Origin: Lingula anatina | Taxonomy: Eukaryota; Animalia; Brachiopoda | Length of the DNA stretch: 64,000 nucleotides | Assembly (NCBI GenBank): GCA_051362555.1 | Contig: CM120641.1 | Coordinates: 29,332,401 to 29,396,400, forward strand | Direction: 5' to 3' | Shown: positions 50,701 to 63,124 of the stretch, piece after piece | Layout: every line of letters begins with the position of its first letter | Position numbering within the stretch: position 1 is the stretch's first letter | The notes under the pieces: generated by a model | Database searches by the model: none | Told to the model about the DNA's origin: nothing | The model's input: the letters and a program-made list of their open reading frames with translations, nothing else | Program-made: the position numbers and the translations under genes

Positions 50701-53700
50701 TTATGGCACCGTAACGAGAAGGCAGTTTTGATAAACGTTCAAGGGGCTTCGAAGCGCCTCGGCAGTGGAGGGCAGACCGGGTATTGAGTTTAACGGTCTT
50801 TGCCTGGCCTCCTGCCGGTGAATGGCAACTTGTACAGGTATGTCCCGGCTGAGGATCGAACCCGCGCCCTACCGCACCGGAGGCGTGCACTCTACCGCTT
50901 AAGCCATCCGCCCAGAGACCGCGGCGAGGAGGCAGTCCTGATCGTCGTTCAAGGGACACCGCCCTAGAGGCCTGATTGGGCTTAACGGTCTCTGCCCGGG
51001 TTTCCGATGAACGGCGACTTGCCTCGAACCGCATTTTATAACGCTTCGGTAATTTGAACCGTATTTTTTTTTTGTTTTCCGATCATGAGCCGTATTTTTA
51101 ATGCGTGGACTGATTTTCTTACCAGACTAGTGCGTGAACCGTATTTTTTCACGAATTTTTTACGATAATAATAATAAAAAAATGATAAAGAAAAGCGGTC
51201 TTTCAAGACCAGGTTGCGTACAGTGGACATATTTCCTTAAGGCAGACATTTGAAAGATACGTCGCCGGCTCGAGGCCACGCGATCAGCCCAAAGGTATCC
51301 CGGGTATTGCTTAATCTTTGGACAAGCATATGACTACTGGCAGAATCGACCAGATAGCTAGTCGGTCTTTCGGAGCACGCCGGGCACTCGGGCCTCGTCG
51401 CTGCGACAGCTATACTTTTTTTTTTTTTTTTTTACCCGACGCCCGGGGGACCAGGCCAGTCGGGTTGAGCCAAGGGGCACGGAGAGCCCTCCTCCCTCCG
51501 TCGACCGACAGGGAATTCCCACCGACTTCATTTTTACCGTCAAGGGTCGGTAACGGTGTCGAGCCCCAAGCCGCCGTGAACGGCAGACACCTTTTCGGGG
51601 CCTGTAGGCGGAGGACCCCAGAATTGAACGCGGGCCGTCACCTCCTTGGGAGGGCGGCCTCAGCTCTACAGACATGCTGGTCAAGCGGTTACCGGCAACC
51701 GACTTGCTTCTCGGGACCGTGCTACGCCCGGGCTGCTTTTAAGAAGCTCGGGGGCCTCTCGACCGGGTTCAGCCAAGGGGCACGGAGAGCCCTCCTCCCT
51801 TCGTCGACCGACAGGGAGTTCCCACCGACTTCATTTTTACCGTCAAGGGTCGGTAACGGTGTCGCGCCCCAAGCCGCCGTGAACGGCAGACACCTCGTAC
51901 TTTTCGGGGCCCGTAGGCGGAGGACCCCAGAATCGAACGCGGGCCGTCACCTCCTTGGGAGGGCGCCCTCAGCTCTACAGACATGCTGGTCAAGCGGTTA
52001 CCGGCAACCGACTTGCTTCTCGGGACCGTGCTACGCCCGGGCTGCTTTTAAGAAGCTCGGGGGCCTCTCAACCGGGTTGAACCAAGGGGCACGGAGAGCC
52101 CTCCTCCCTTCGTCGACCGACAGGGAGTTCCCACCGACTTCATTTTTACCGTCAAGGGTCGGTAACGGTGTCGCGCCTCAAGCCGCCGTGAACGGCAGAC
52201 ACCTTTTCGGGGCCTGTAGGCGGAGGACCCCAGAATCGAACGCGGACCGTCACCTCCTTGCGAGGGCGGCCTCAGCTCTACGGACATGCTGGTCAAGCGG
52301 TTACCGGCAACCGACTTCCTTCTCGGGACCGTGCAACGCCCCGGCTGCTTTTAAGAAGCTCGTGGGCCTCTCGCCCGGGCAGCCACTGAATCGCCTTCGC
52401 CTCACAGTGAGAGAGACTTCTGCTTCGCCACGGACAGTCTTGCTCGAGCCTTGCCCGAGTGTCCGAGCTCCACTGCTCTCCACATATGTATAGTGCCGGC
52501 ATTTGACTGTTCGCTCGCAGCGACCAGATAAAAGTCGAGACGGCCAGGCGTAAACCGCATTTTTTATGGCACCGTAACGAGAAGGCAGTTTTGATAAACG
52601 TTCAAGGGGCTTCGAAGCGCCTCGGCAGTGGAGGGCAGACCGGGTATTGAGTTTAACGGTCTTTGCCTGGCCTCCTGCCGGTGAATGGCAACTTGTACAG
52701 GTATGTCCCGGCTGAGGATCGAACCCGCGCCCTACCGCACCGGAGGCGAGCACTCTACCGCTTAAGCCATCCGCCCAGAGACCGCGGCGAGGAGGCAGTC
52801 CTGATCGTCGTTCAAGGGACACCGCCCTAGAGGCCTGATTGGGCTTAACGGTCTCTGCCCGGGTTTCCGATGAACGGCGACTTGCCTCGAACCGCATTTT
52901 ATAACGCTTCGGTAATTTGAACCGTATTTTTTTTTTTGTTTTCCGATCATGAGCCGTATTTTTAATGCGTGGCCTGATTTTCTTACCAGACTAGTGCGTG
53001 AACCGTATTTTTTCACGAATTTTTTACGAGAATAATAATAAAAAAATGATAAAGAAAAGCGGTCTTTCAAGACCAGGTTGCGTACAGTGGACATATTTCC
53101 TTAAGGCAGACATTTGAAAGATACGTCGCCGGCTCGAGGCCACGCGATCAGCCCAAAGGTATCCCGGGTATTGCTTAATCTTTGGACAAGCATATGACTA
53201 CTGGCAGAATCGACCAGATAGCTAGTCGGTCTTTCGGAGCACGCCGGGCACTCGGGCCTCGTCGCTGCGACAGCTATACTTTTTTTTTTTTTATTTTTAC
53301 CCGACGCCCGGGGGACCAGGCCAGTCGGGTTGAGCCAAGGGGCACGGAGAGCCCTCCTCCCTCCGTCGACCGACAGGGAATTCCCACCGACTTCATTTTT
53401 ACCGTCAAGGGTCGGTAACGGTGTCGAGCCCCAAGCCGCCGTGAACGGCAGACACCTTTTCGGGGCCTGTAGGCGGAGGACCCCAGAATTGAACGCGGGC
53501 CGTCACCTCCTTGGGAGGGCGGCCTCAGCTCTACAGACATGCTGGTCAAGCGGTTACCGGCAACCGACTTGCTTCTCGGGACCGTGCTACGCCCGGGCTG
53601 CTTTTAAGAAGCTCGGGGGCCTCTCGACCGGGTTGAGCCAAGGGGCACGGAGAGCCCTCCTCCCTTCGTCGACCGACAGGGAGTTCCCACCGACTTCATT

Positions 53701-56700
53701 TTTACCGTCAAGGGTCGGTAACGGTGTCGCGCCCCAAGCCGCCGTGAACGGCAGACACCTCGTACTTTTCGGGGCCCGTAGGCGGAGGACCCCAGAATCG
53801 AACGCGGGCCGTCACCTCCTTGGGAGGGCGCCCTCAGCTCTACAGACATGCTGGTCAAGCGGTTACCGGCAACCGACTTGCTTCTCGGGACCGTGCTACG
53901 CCCGGGCTGCTTTTAAGAAGCTCGGGGGCCTCTCGACCGGGTTCAGCCAAGGGGCACGGAGAGCCCTCCTCCCTTCGTCGACCGACAGGGAGTTCCCACC
54001 GACTTCATTTTTAACGTCAAGGGTCGGTAACGGTGTCGCGCCCCAAGCCGCCGTGAACGGCAGACACCTCGTACTTTTCGGGGCCCGTAGGCGGAGGACC
54101 CCAGAATCGAACGCGGGCCGTCACCTCCTTGGGAGGGCGGCCTCAGCTCTATAGACATGCTGGTCAAGCGGTTACCGGCAACCGACTTGCTTCTCGGGAC
54201 CGTGCTACGCCCGGGCTGCTTTTAAGAAGCTCGGGGGCCTCTCGACCGGGTTGAGCCAAGGGGCACGGAGAGCCCTCCTCCCTTCGTCGACCGACAGGGA
54301 GTTCCCACCGACTTCATTTTTACCGTCAAGGGTCGGTAACGGTGTCGCGCCCCAAGCCGCCGGGAACGGCAGACACCTCGTACGTTTCGGGGCCCGTTGG
54401 CGGAGGACCCCAGAATCGAACGCGGACCGTCACCTCCTTGCGAGGGCGGCCTCAGCTCTACGGACATGCTGGTCAAGCGGTTACCGGCAACCGACTTGCT
54501 TCTCGGGACCGTGCTACGCCCCGGCTGCTTTTAAGAAGCTCGTGGGCCTCTCGCCCGGGCAGCCACTGAATCGCCTTCGCCTCACGGTGAGAGAGACTTC
54601 TGCTTCGCCACGGATAGTCTTGCTCAAGCCTTGCCCGAGTGTCCGAGCTCCACTGCTCTCCACATATGTATAGTGCCGGCATTTGACTATTCGCTCGCAG
54701 CGACCAGATAAAAGTCGAGACGGCCAGGCGTAAACCGCATTTTTTATGGCACCGTAACGAGAAGGCAGTTTTGATAAACGTTCAAGGGGCTTCGAAGCGC
54801 CTCGGCAGTGGAGGGCAGACCGGGTATTGAGTTTAACGGTCTTTGCCTGGCCTCCTGTCGGTGAATGGCAACTTTTACAGGTATGTCCCGGCTGAGGATC
54901 GAACCCGCGCCCTACCGCACCGGAGGCGAGCACTCTACCGCTTAAGCCATCCGCCCAGAGACCGCGGCGAGGAGGCAGTCCTGATCGTCGTTCAAGGGAC
55001 ACCGCCCTAGAGGCCTGATTGGGCTTAACGGTCTCTGCCCGGGTTTCCGATGAACGGCGACTTGCCTCGAACCGCATTTTATAACGCTTCGGTAATTTGA
55101 ACCGTATTTTTTTTTTTGTTTTCCGATCATGAGCCGTATTTTTAATGCGTGGCCTGATTTTCTTACCAGACTAGTGCGTGAACCGTATTTTTTCACGAAT
55201 TTTTTACGAGAATAATAATAAAAAAATGATAAAGAAAAGCGGTCTTTCAAGACCAGGTTGCGTACAGTGGACATATTTCCTTAAGGCAGACATTTGAAAG
55301 ATACGTCGCCGGCTCGAGGCCACGCGATCAGCCCAAAGGTATCCCGGGTATTGCTTAATCTTTGGACAAGCATATGACTACTGGCAGAATCGACCAGATA
55401 GCTAGTCGGTCTTTCGGAGCACGCCGGGCACTCGGGCCTCGTCGCTGCGACAGCTATACATTTTTTTTTTATTTTTACCCGACGCCCGGGGGACCAGGCC
55501 AGTCGGGTTGAGCCAAGGGGCACGGAGAGCCCTCCTCCCTCCGTCGACCGACAGGGAATTCCCACCGACTTCATTTTTACCGTCAAGGGTCGGTAACGGT
55601 GTCGAGCCCCAAGCCGCCGTGAACGGCAGACACCTTTTCGGGGCCTGTAGGCGGAGGACCCCAGAATTGAACGCGGGCCGTCACCTCCTTGGGAGGGCGG
55701 CCTCAGCTCTACAGACATGCTGGTCAAGCGGTTACCGGCAACCGACTTGCTTCTCGGGACCGTGCTACGCCCGGGCTGCTTTTAAGAAGCTCGGGGGCCT
55801 CTCGACCGGGTTCAGCCAAGGGGCACGGAGAGCCCTCCTCCCTTCGTCGACCGACAGGGAGTTCCCACCGACTTCATTTTTACCGTCAAGGGTCGGTAAC
55901 GGTGTCGCGCCCCAAGCCGCCGTGAACGGCAGACACCTCGTACTTTTCGGGGCCCGTAGGCGGAGGACCCCAGAATCGAACGCGGGCCGTCACCTCCTTG
56001 GGAGGGCGCCCTCAGCTCTACAGACATGCTGGTCAAGCGGTTACCGGCAACCGACTTGCTTCTCGGGACCGTGCTACGCCCGGGCTGCTTTTAAGAAGCT
56101 CGGGGGCCTCTCGACCGGGTTGAGCCAAGGGGCACGGAGAGCCCTCCTCCCTTCGTCGACCGACAGGGAGTTCCCACCGACTTCATTTTTACCGTCAAGG
56201 GTCGGTAACGGTGTCGCGCCCCAAGCCGCCGTGAACGGCAGACACCTTTTCGGGGCCTGTAGGCGGAGGACCCCAGAATCGAACGCGGACCGTCACCTCC
56301 TTGCGAGGGCGGCCTCAGCTCTACGGACATGCTGGTCAAGCGGTTACCGGCAACCGACTTGCTTCTCGGGACCGTGCTACGCCCCGGCTGCTTTTAAGAA
56401 GCTCGTGGGCCTCTCGCCCGGGCAGCCACTGAATCGCCTTCGCCTCACGGTGAGAGAGACTTCTGCTTCGCCACGGATAGTCTTGCTCAAGCCTTGCCCG
56501 AGTGTCCGAGCTCCACTGCTCTCCACATATGTATAGTGCCGGCATTTGACTATTCGCTCGCAGCGACCAGATAAAAGTCGAGACGGCCAGGCGTAAACCG
56601 CATTTTTTATGGCACCGTAACGAGAAGGCAGTTTTGATAAACGTTCAAGGGGCTTCGAAGCGCCTCGGCAGTGGAGGGCAGACCGGGTATTGAGTTTAAC

Positions 56701-59700
56701 GGTCTTTGCCTGGCCTCCTGTCGGTGAATGGCAACTTTTACAGGTATGTCCCGGCTGAGGATCGAACCCGCGCCCTACCGCACCGGAGGCGAGCACTCTA
56801 CCGCTTAAGCCATCCGCCCAGAGACCGCGGCGAGGAGGCAGTCCTGATCGTCGTTCAAGGGACACCGCCCTAGAGGCCTGATTGGGCTTAACGGTCTCTG
56901 CCCGGGTTTCCGATGAACGGCGACTTGCCTCGAACCGCATTTTATAACGCTTCGGTAATTTGAACCGTATTTTTTTTTTGTTTTCCGATCATGAGCCGTA
57001 TTTTTAATGCGTGGCCTGATTTTCTTACCAGACTAGTGCGTGAACCGTATTTTTTCACGAATTTTTTACGAGAATAATAATAAAAAAATGATAAAGAAAA
57101 GCGGTCTTTCAAGACCAGGTTGCGTACAGTGGACATATTTCCTTAAGGCAGACATTTGAAAGATACGTCGCCGGCTCGAGGCCACGCGATCAGCCCAAAG
57201 GTATCCCGGGTATTGCTTAATCTTTGGACAAGCATATGACTACTGGCAGAATCGACCAGATAGCTAGTCGGTCTTTCGGAGCACGCCGGGCACTCGGGCC
57301 TCGTCGCTGCGACAGCTATACATTTTTTTTTTATTTTTACCCGACGCCCGGGGGACCAGGCCAGTCGGGTTGAGCCAAGGGGCACGGAGAGCCCTCCTCC
57401 CTCCGTCGACCGACAGGGAATTCCCACCGACTTCATTTTTACCGTCAAGGGTCGGTAACGGTGTCGAGCCCCAAGCCGCCGTGAACGGCAGACACCTTTT
57501 CGGGGCCTGTAGGCGGAGGACCCCAGAATTGAACGCGGGCCGTCACCTCCTTGGGAGGGCGGCCTCAGCTCTACAGACATGCTGGTCAAGCGGTTACCGG
57601 CAACCGACTTGCTTCTCGGGACCGTGCTACGCCCGGGCTGCTTTTAAGAAGCTCGGGGGCCTCTCGACCGGGTTCAGCCAAGGGGCACGGAGAGCCCTCC
57701 TCCCTTCGTCGACCGACAGGGAGTTCCCACCGACTTCATTTTTACCGTCAAGGGTCGGTAACGGTGTCGCGCCCCAAGCCGCCGTGAACGGCAGACACCT
57801 CGTACTTTTCGGGGCCCGTAGGCGGAGGACCCCAGAATCGAACGCGGGCCGTCACCTCCTTGGGAGGGCGCCCTCAGCTCTACAGACATGCTGGTCAAGC
57901 GGTTACCGGCAACCGACTTGCTTCTCGGGACCGTGCTACGCCCGGGCTGCTTTTAAGAAGCTCGGGGGCCTCTCGACCGGGTTGAGCCAAGGGGCACGGA
58001 GAGCCCTCCTCCCTTCGTCGACCGACAGGGAGTTCCCACCGACTTCATTTTTACCGTCAAGGGTCGGTAACGGTGTCGCGCCCCAAGCCGCCGTGAACGG
58101 CAGACACCTTTTCGGGGCCTGTAGGCGGAGGACCCCAGAATCGAACGCGGACCGTCACCTCCTTGCGAGGGCGGCCTCAGCTCTACGGACATGCTGGTCA
58201 AGCGGTTACCGGCAACCGACTTGCTTCTCGGGACCGTGCTACGCCCGGGCTGCTTTTAAGAAGCTCGTGGGCCTCTCGCCCCGGCAGCCACTGAATCGCC
58301 TTCGCCTCACAGTGAGAGAGACTTCTGCTTCGCCACGGATAGTCTTGCTCGAGCCTTGCCCGAGTGTCCGAGCTCCACTGCTCTCCACATATGTATAGTG
58401 CCGGCATTTGAGTATTCGCTCGCAGCGACCAGATAAAAGTCGAGACGGCCAGGCGTAAACCGCATTTTTTTATGGCACCGTAACGAGAAGGCAGTTTTGA
58501 TAAACGTTCAAGGGGCTTCGAAGCGCCTCGGCAGTGGAGGGCCGACCGGGTATTGAGTTTAACGGTCTTTGCCTGGCCTCCTGTCGGTGAATGGCAACTT
58601 TTACAGGTATGTCCCGGCTGAGGATCGAACCCGTGCCCTACCGCACCGGAGACGAGCACTCTACCGCTTAAGCCATCCGCCCAGAGACCGCGGCGAGGAG
58701 GCAGTCCTGATCGTCGTTCAAGGGACATCGCCCTAGAGGCCCGATTGGGCTTAACGGTCTCTGCCCGGGTCTCCGGTAAACGGCGACTTGCACGAACCGC
58801 ATTTTATAACGCTTCGGTAATTTGAACCGTATTTCTTTTTTGTTTTCCGATCATGAGCCGTATTTTTAATGCGTGGCCTGATTTTCTTACCAGACTAGTG
58901 CGTGAACCGTATTTTTTCACGAAATTTTTACGAGAATAGTAATAAAAAAATGATAAAGAAAAGCGGTCTTTCAAGACCAGGTTGCGTGCAGTGGACATAT
59001 TTCCTTAAGGCAGACATTTGAAAGATACGTTGCCGGCTCGAGGCCACGCGATCAGCCCAAAGGTATCCCGGGTATTGCTTAATCTTTGGTCAAGCATATG
59101 ACTACTGGCAGAATCGACCAGTTGGCTAGTCGGTCTTTCGGAGCACGCCGGGCACTCGGGCCTCGTCGCTGCGACAGCTATACTTTTTTTTTTTTTTTAC
59201 CCGACGCCCGGGGGACCAGGCCAGTCGGGTTGAGCCAAGGGGCACGGAGAGCCCTCCTCCCTCCGTCGACCGACAGGGAGTTCCCACCAACTTCACCGTC
59301 AAGGGTCGGTAAGGGTGCCGCGCCCCAAGCCGCCGTGAACGGCAGACACCTCGTATCTTCAAGGGACCATAGGCGGTGGACCCCAGAATCGAACGCTGAC
59401 AGTCACCTCCTTGCGAGGGCGGCCTCAGCTCTACAGACATGCTGGTCAAGCGGTTACCGGCAACCGACTTGCTTCTCGGGACCGTGCTACGCCCGGGCTG
59501 CTTTTAAGAAGCTCGGGGGCCTCTCGACCGGGTTGAGCCAAGGGGCACGGAGAGCCCTCCTCCCTTCGTCGACCGACAGGGAGTTCCCACCGACTTCATT
59601 TTTACCGTCAAGGGTCGGTAAGGGTGTCGCGCCCCAAGCCGACGTGAACGGCAGACACCTCGTACTTTTCGGGGCCCGTAGGCGGAGGACCCCAGAATCG

Positions 59701-62700
59701 AACGCGGGCCTTCACCTCCTTTGGAGGGCGGCCTCAGCTCTACGGACATGCTGGTCAAGCGGTTACCGGCAACCGACTAGCTTCTCGGGACCGTGCTACG
59801 CCCGGGCTGCTTTTAAGAAGCTCGGGGGCCTCTCGACCGGGTTGAGCCAAGGGGCACGGAGAGCCCTCCTCCCTTCGTCGACCGACAGGGAGTTCCCGCC
59901 GACTTCATTTTTACCGTCAAGGGTCGGTAAGGGTGTCGCGCCCCAAGCCGCCGTGAACGGCAGACACCTCGTACTTTTCGGGGCCCGTAGGCGGAGGACC
60001 CCAGAATCGAACGCGGGCCTTCACCTCCTTTGGAGGGCGGCCTCAGCTCTACGGACATGCTGGTCAAGCGGTTACCGGCAACCGACTAGCTTCTCGGGAC
60101 CGTGCTACGCCCGGGCTGCTTTTAAGAAGCTCGGGGGCCTCTCGACCGGGTTGAGCCAAGGGGCACGGAGAGCCCTCCTCCCTTCGTCGACCGACAGGGA
60201 GTTCCCACCGACTTCATTTTTACCGTCAAGGGTCGGTAAGGGTGTCGCGCCCCAAGCCGCCGTGAACGGCAGACACCTCGTACTTTTCGGGGCCCGTAGG
60301 CGGAGGACCCCAGATTCGAACGCGGACCGTCACCTCCTTGCGAGGGAGGCCTCAGCTCTACGGACATGCTGGTCAAGCGGTTACCGTCAACCGACTTGCT
60401 TCTCGGGACCGTGCTACGCCCGGGCTGCTTTTAAGAAGCTCGTGGGCCTCTCGCCCCGGCAGCCACTGAATCGCCTTCGCCTCACAGTGAGAGAGACTAC
60501 TGCTTCGCCACGGATAGTCTTGCTCGAGCCTTGCCCGAGTGTCCGAGCTCCACTGCTCTCCACATATGTATAGTGCCGGCATTTGACTATTCGCTCGCAG
60601 CGACCAGATAAAAGTCGAGACGGCCAGGCGTAAACCGCATTTTTTTTATGGCACCGTAACGAGAAGGCAGTTTTGATAAACGTTCAAGGGGCTTCGAAGC
60701 GCCTCGGCAGTGGAGGGCCGACCGGGTATTGAGTTTAACGGTCTTTGCCTGGCCTCCTGTCGGTGAATGGCAACTTTTACAGGTATGTCCCGGCTGAGGA
60801 TCGAACCCGTGCCCTACCGCACCGGAGACGAGCACTCTACCGCTTAAGCCATCCGCCCAGAGACCGCGGCGAGGAGGCAGTCCTGATCGTCGTTCAAGGG
60901 ACATCGCCCTAGAGGCCCGATTGGGCTTAACGGTCTCTGCCCGGGTCTCCGGTGAACGGCGACTTGCACGAACCGCATTTTATAACGCTTCGGTAATTTG
61001 AACCGTATTTCTTTTTTGTTTTCCGATCATGAGCCGTATTTTTAATGCGTGGCCTGATTTTCTTACCAGACTAGTGCGTGAACCGTATTTTTTCACGAAA
61101 TTTTTACGAGAATAGTAATAAAAAAATGATAAAGAAAAGCGGTCTTTCAAGACCAGGTTGCGTGCAGTGGACATATTTCCTTAAGGCAGACATTTGAAAG
61201 ATACGTTGCCGGCTCGAGGCCACGCGATCAGCCCAAAGGTATCCCGGGTATTGCTTAATCTTTGGTCAAGCATATGACTACTGGCAGAATCGACCAGATA
61301 GCTAGTCGGTCTTTCGGAGCACGCCGGGCACTCGGGCCTCGTCGCTGCGACAGCTATACTTTTTTTTTTTTTTTTACCCGACGCCCGGGGGACCAGGCCA
61401 GTCGGGTTGAGCCAAGGGGCACGGAGAGCCCTCCTCCCTCCGTCGACCGACAGGGAGTTCCCACCAACTTCACCGTCAAGGGTCGGTAAGGGTGCCGCGC
61501 CCCAAGCCGCCGTGAACGGCAGACACCTCGTATCTTCAAGGGACCATAGGCGGTGGACCCCAGAATCGAACGCTGACAGTCACCTCCTTGCGAGGGCGGC
61601 CTCAGCTCTACAGACATGCTGGTCAAGCGGTTACCGGCAACCGACTTGCTTCTCGGGACCGTGCTACGCCCGGGCTGCTTTTAAGAAGCTCGGGGGCCTC
61701 TCGACCGGGTTGAGCCAAGGGGCACGGAGAGCCCTCCTCCCTTCGTCGACCGACATGGAGTTCCCGCCGACTTCATTTTTACCGTCAAGGGTCGGTAAGG
61801 GTGTCGCGCCCCAAGCCGCCGTGAACGGCAGACACCTCGTACTTTTCGGGGCCCGTAGGCGGAGGACCCCAGATTTGAAAGCGGACCGTCACCTCCTTGC
61901 GAGGGAGGCCTCAGCTCTACGGACATACTGGTCAAGCGGTTACCGGCAACCGACTTGCTTCTCGGGACCGTGCTACGCCCGGGCTGCTTTTAAGAAGCTC
62001 GGGGGCCTCTCGACCGGGTTGAGCCAAGGGGCACGGAGAGCCCTCCTCCCTTCGTCGACCGACAGGGAGTTCCCACCGACTTCATTTTTACCGTCAAGGG
62101 TCGGTAAGGGTGTCGCGCCCCAAGCCGCCGTGAACGGCAGACACCTCGTACTTTTCGGGGCCCGTAGGCGGAGGACCCCAGATTCGAACGCGGACCGTCA
62201 CCTCCTTGCGAGGGAGGCCTCAGCTCTACGGACATGCTGGTCAAGCGGTTACCGGCAACCGACTTGCTTCTCGGGACCGTGCTACGCCCGGGCTGCTTTT
62301 AAGAAGCTCGTGGGCCTCTCGCCCCGGCAGCCACTGAATCGCCTTCGCCTCACAGTGAGAGAGACTTCTGCTTCGCCACGGATAGTCTTGCTCGAGCCTT
62401 GCCCGAGTGTCCGAGCTCCACTGCTCTCCACATATGTATAGTGCCGGCATTTGACTATTCGCTCGCAGCGACCAGATAAAAGTCGAGACGGCCAGGCGTA
62501 AACCGCATTTTTTTATGGCACCGTAACGAGAAGGCAGTTTTGATAAACGTTCAAGGGGCTTCGAAGCGCCTCGGCAGTGGAGGGCCGACCGGGTATTGAG
62601 TTTAACGGTCTTTGCCTGGCCTCCTGTCGGTGAATGGCAACTTTTACAGGTATGTCCCGGCTGAGGATCGAACCCGTGCCCTACCGCACCGGAGACGAGC

Positions 62701-63124
62701 ACTCTACCGCTTAAGCCATCCGCCCAGAGACCGCGGCGAGGAGGCAGTCCTGATCGTCGTTCAAGGGACATCGCCCTAGAGGCCTGATTGGGCTTAACGG
62801 TCTCTGCCCGGGTCTCCGGTGAACGGCGACTTGCACGAACCGCATTTTATAACGCTTCGGTAATTTGAACCGTATTTTTTTTTTTTTTTTTTTTGTTTTC
62901 CGATCATGAGCCGTATTTTTAATGCGTGGCCTGATTTTCTTACCAGACTAGTGCGTGAACCGTATTTTTTCACGAAATTTTTACGAGAATAGTAATAAAA
63001 AAATGATAAAGAAAAGCGGTCTTTCAAGACCAGGTTGCGTGCAGTGGACATATTTCCTTAAGGCAGACATTTGAAAGATACGTCGCCGGCTCGAGGCCAC
63101 GCGATCAGCCCAAAGGTATCCCGG

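Larger units (their letters stand above)
39835..63124 (-). repeat. 23.3-kb tandem macrosatellite of 1.86-2.18-kb rDNA-derived chimeric units (13 tRNA-like heads, 11 complete 18S-fragment blocks plus 1 partial)
   Basis: Identical ORF translations recur at spacings of 1862-1864 or 2176-2180 bp. Each unit has 3 or 4 subrepeats of 303/309 bp, 18S-like pieces and an A/B-box head. Confidence 0.95.

Noticed and set aside
40209-62771. Long ORFs (up to 495 aa) on both strands of the array
   Set aside because: They arise from GC-rich subrepeats whose length is a multiple of 3; most + strand starts are not ATG, homopolymer length changes shift frames between units, one copy has an in-frame stop (46381), and no domain is recognisable.
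39835-63124. Functional rDNA locus, or CRISPR-like array
   Set aside because: Only ~115 nt of diverged 18S per unit, with no recognisable 5.8S or 28S; units are near-identical with no unique spacers, and the context is eukaryotic.
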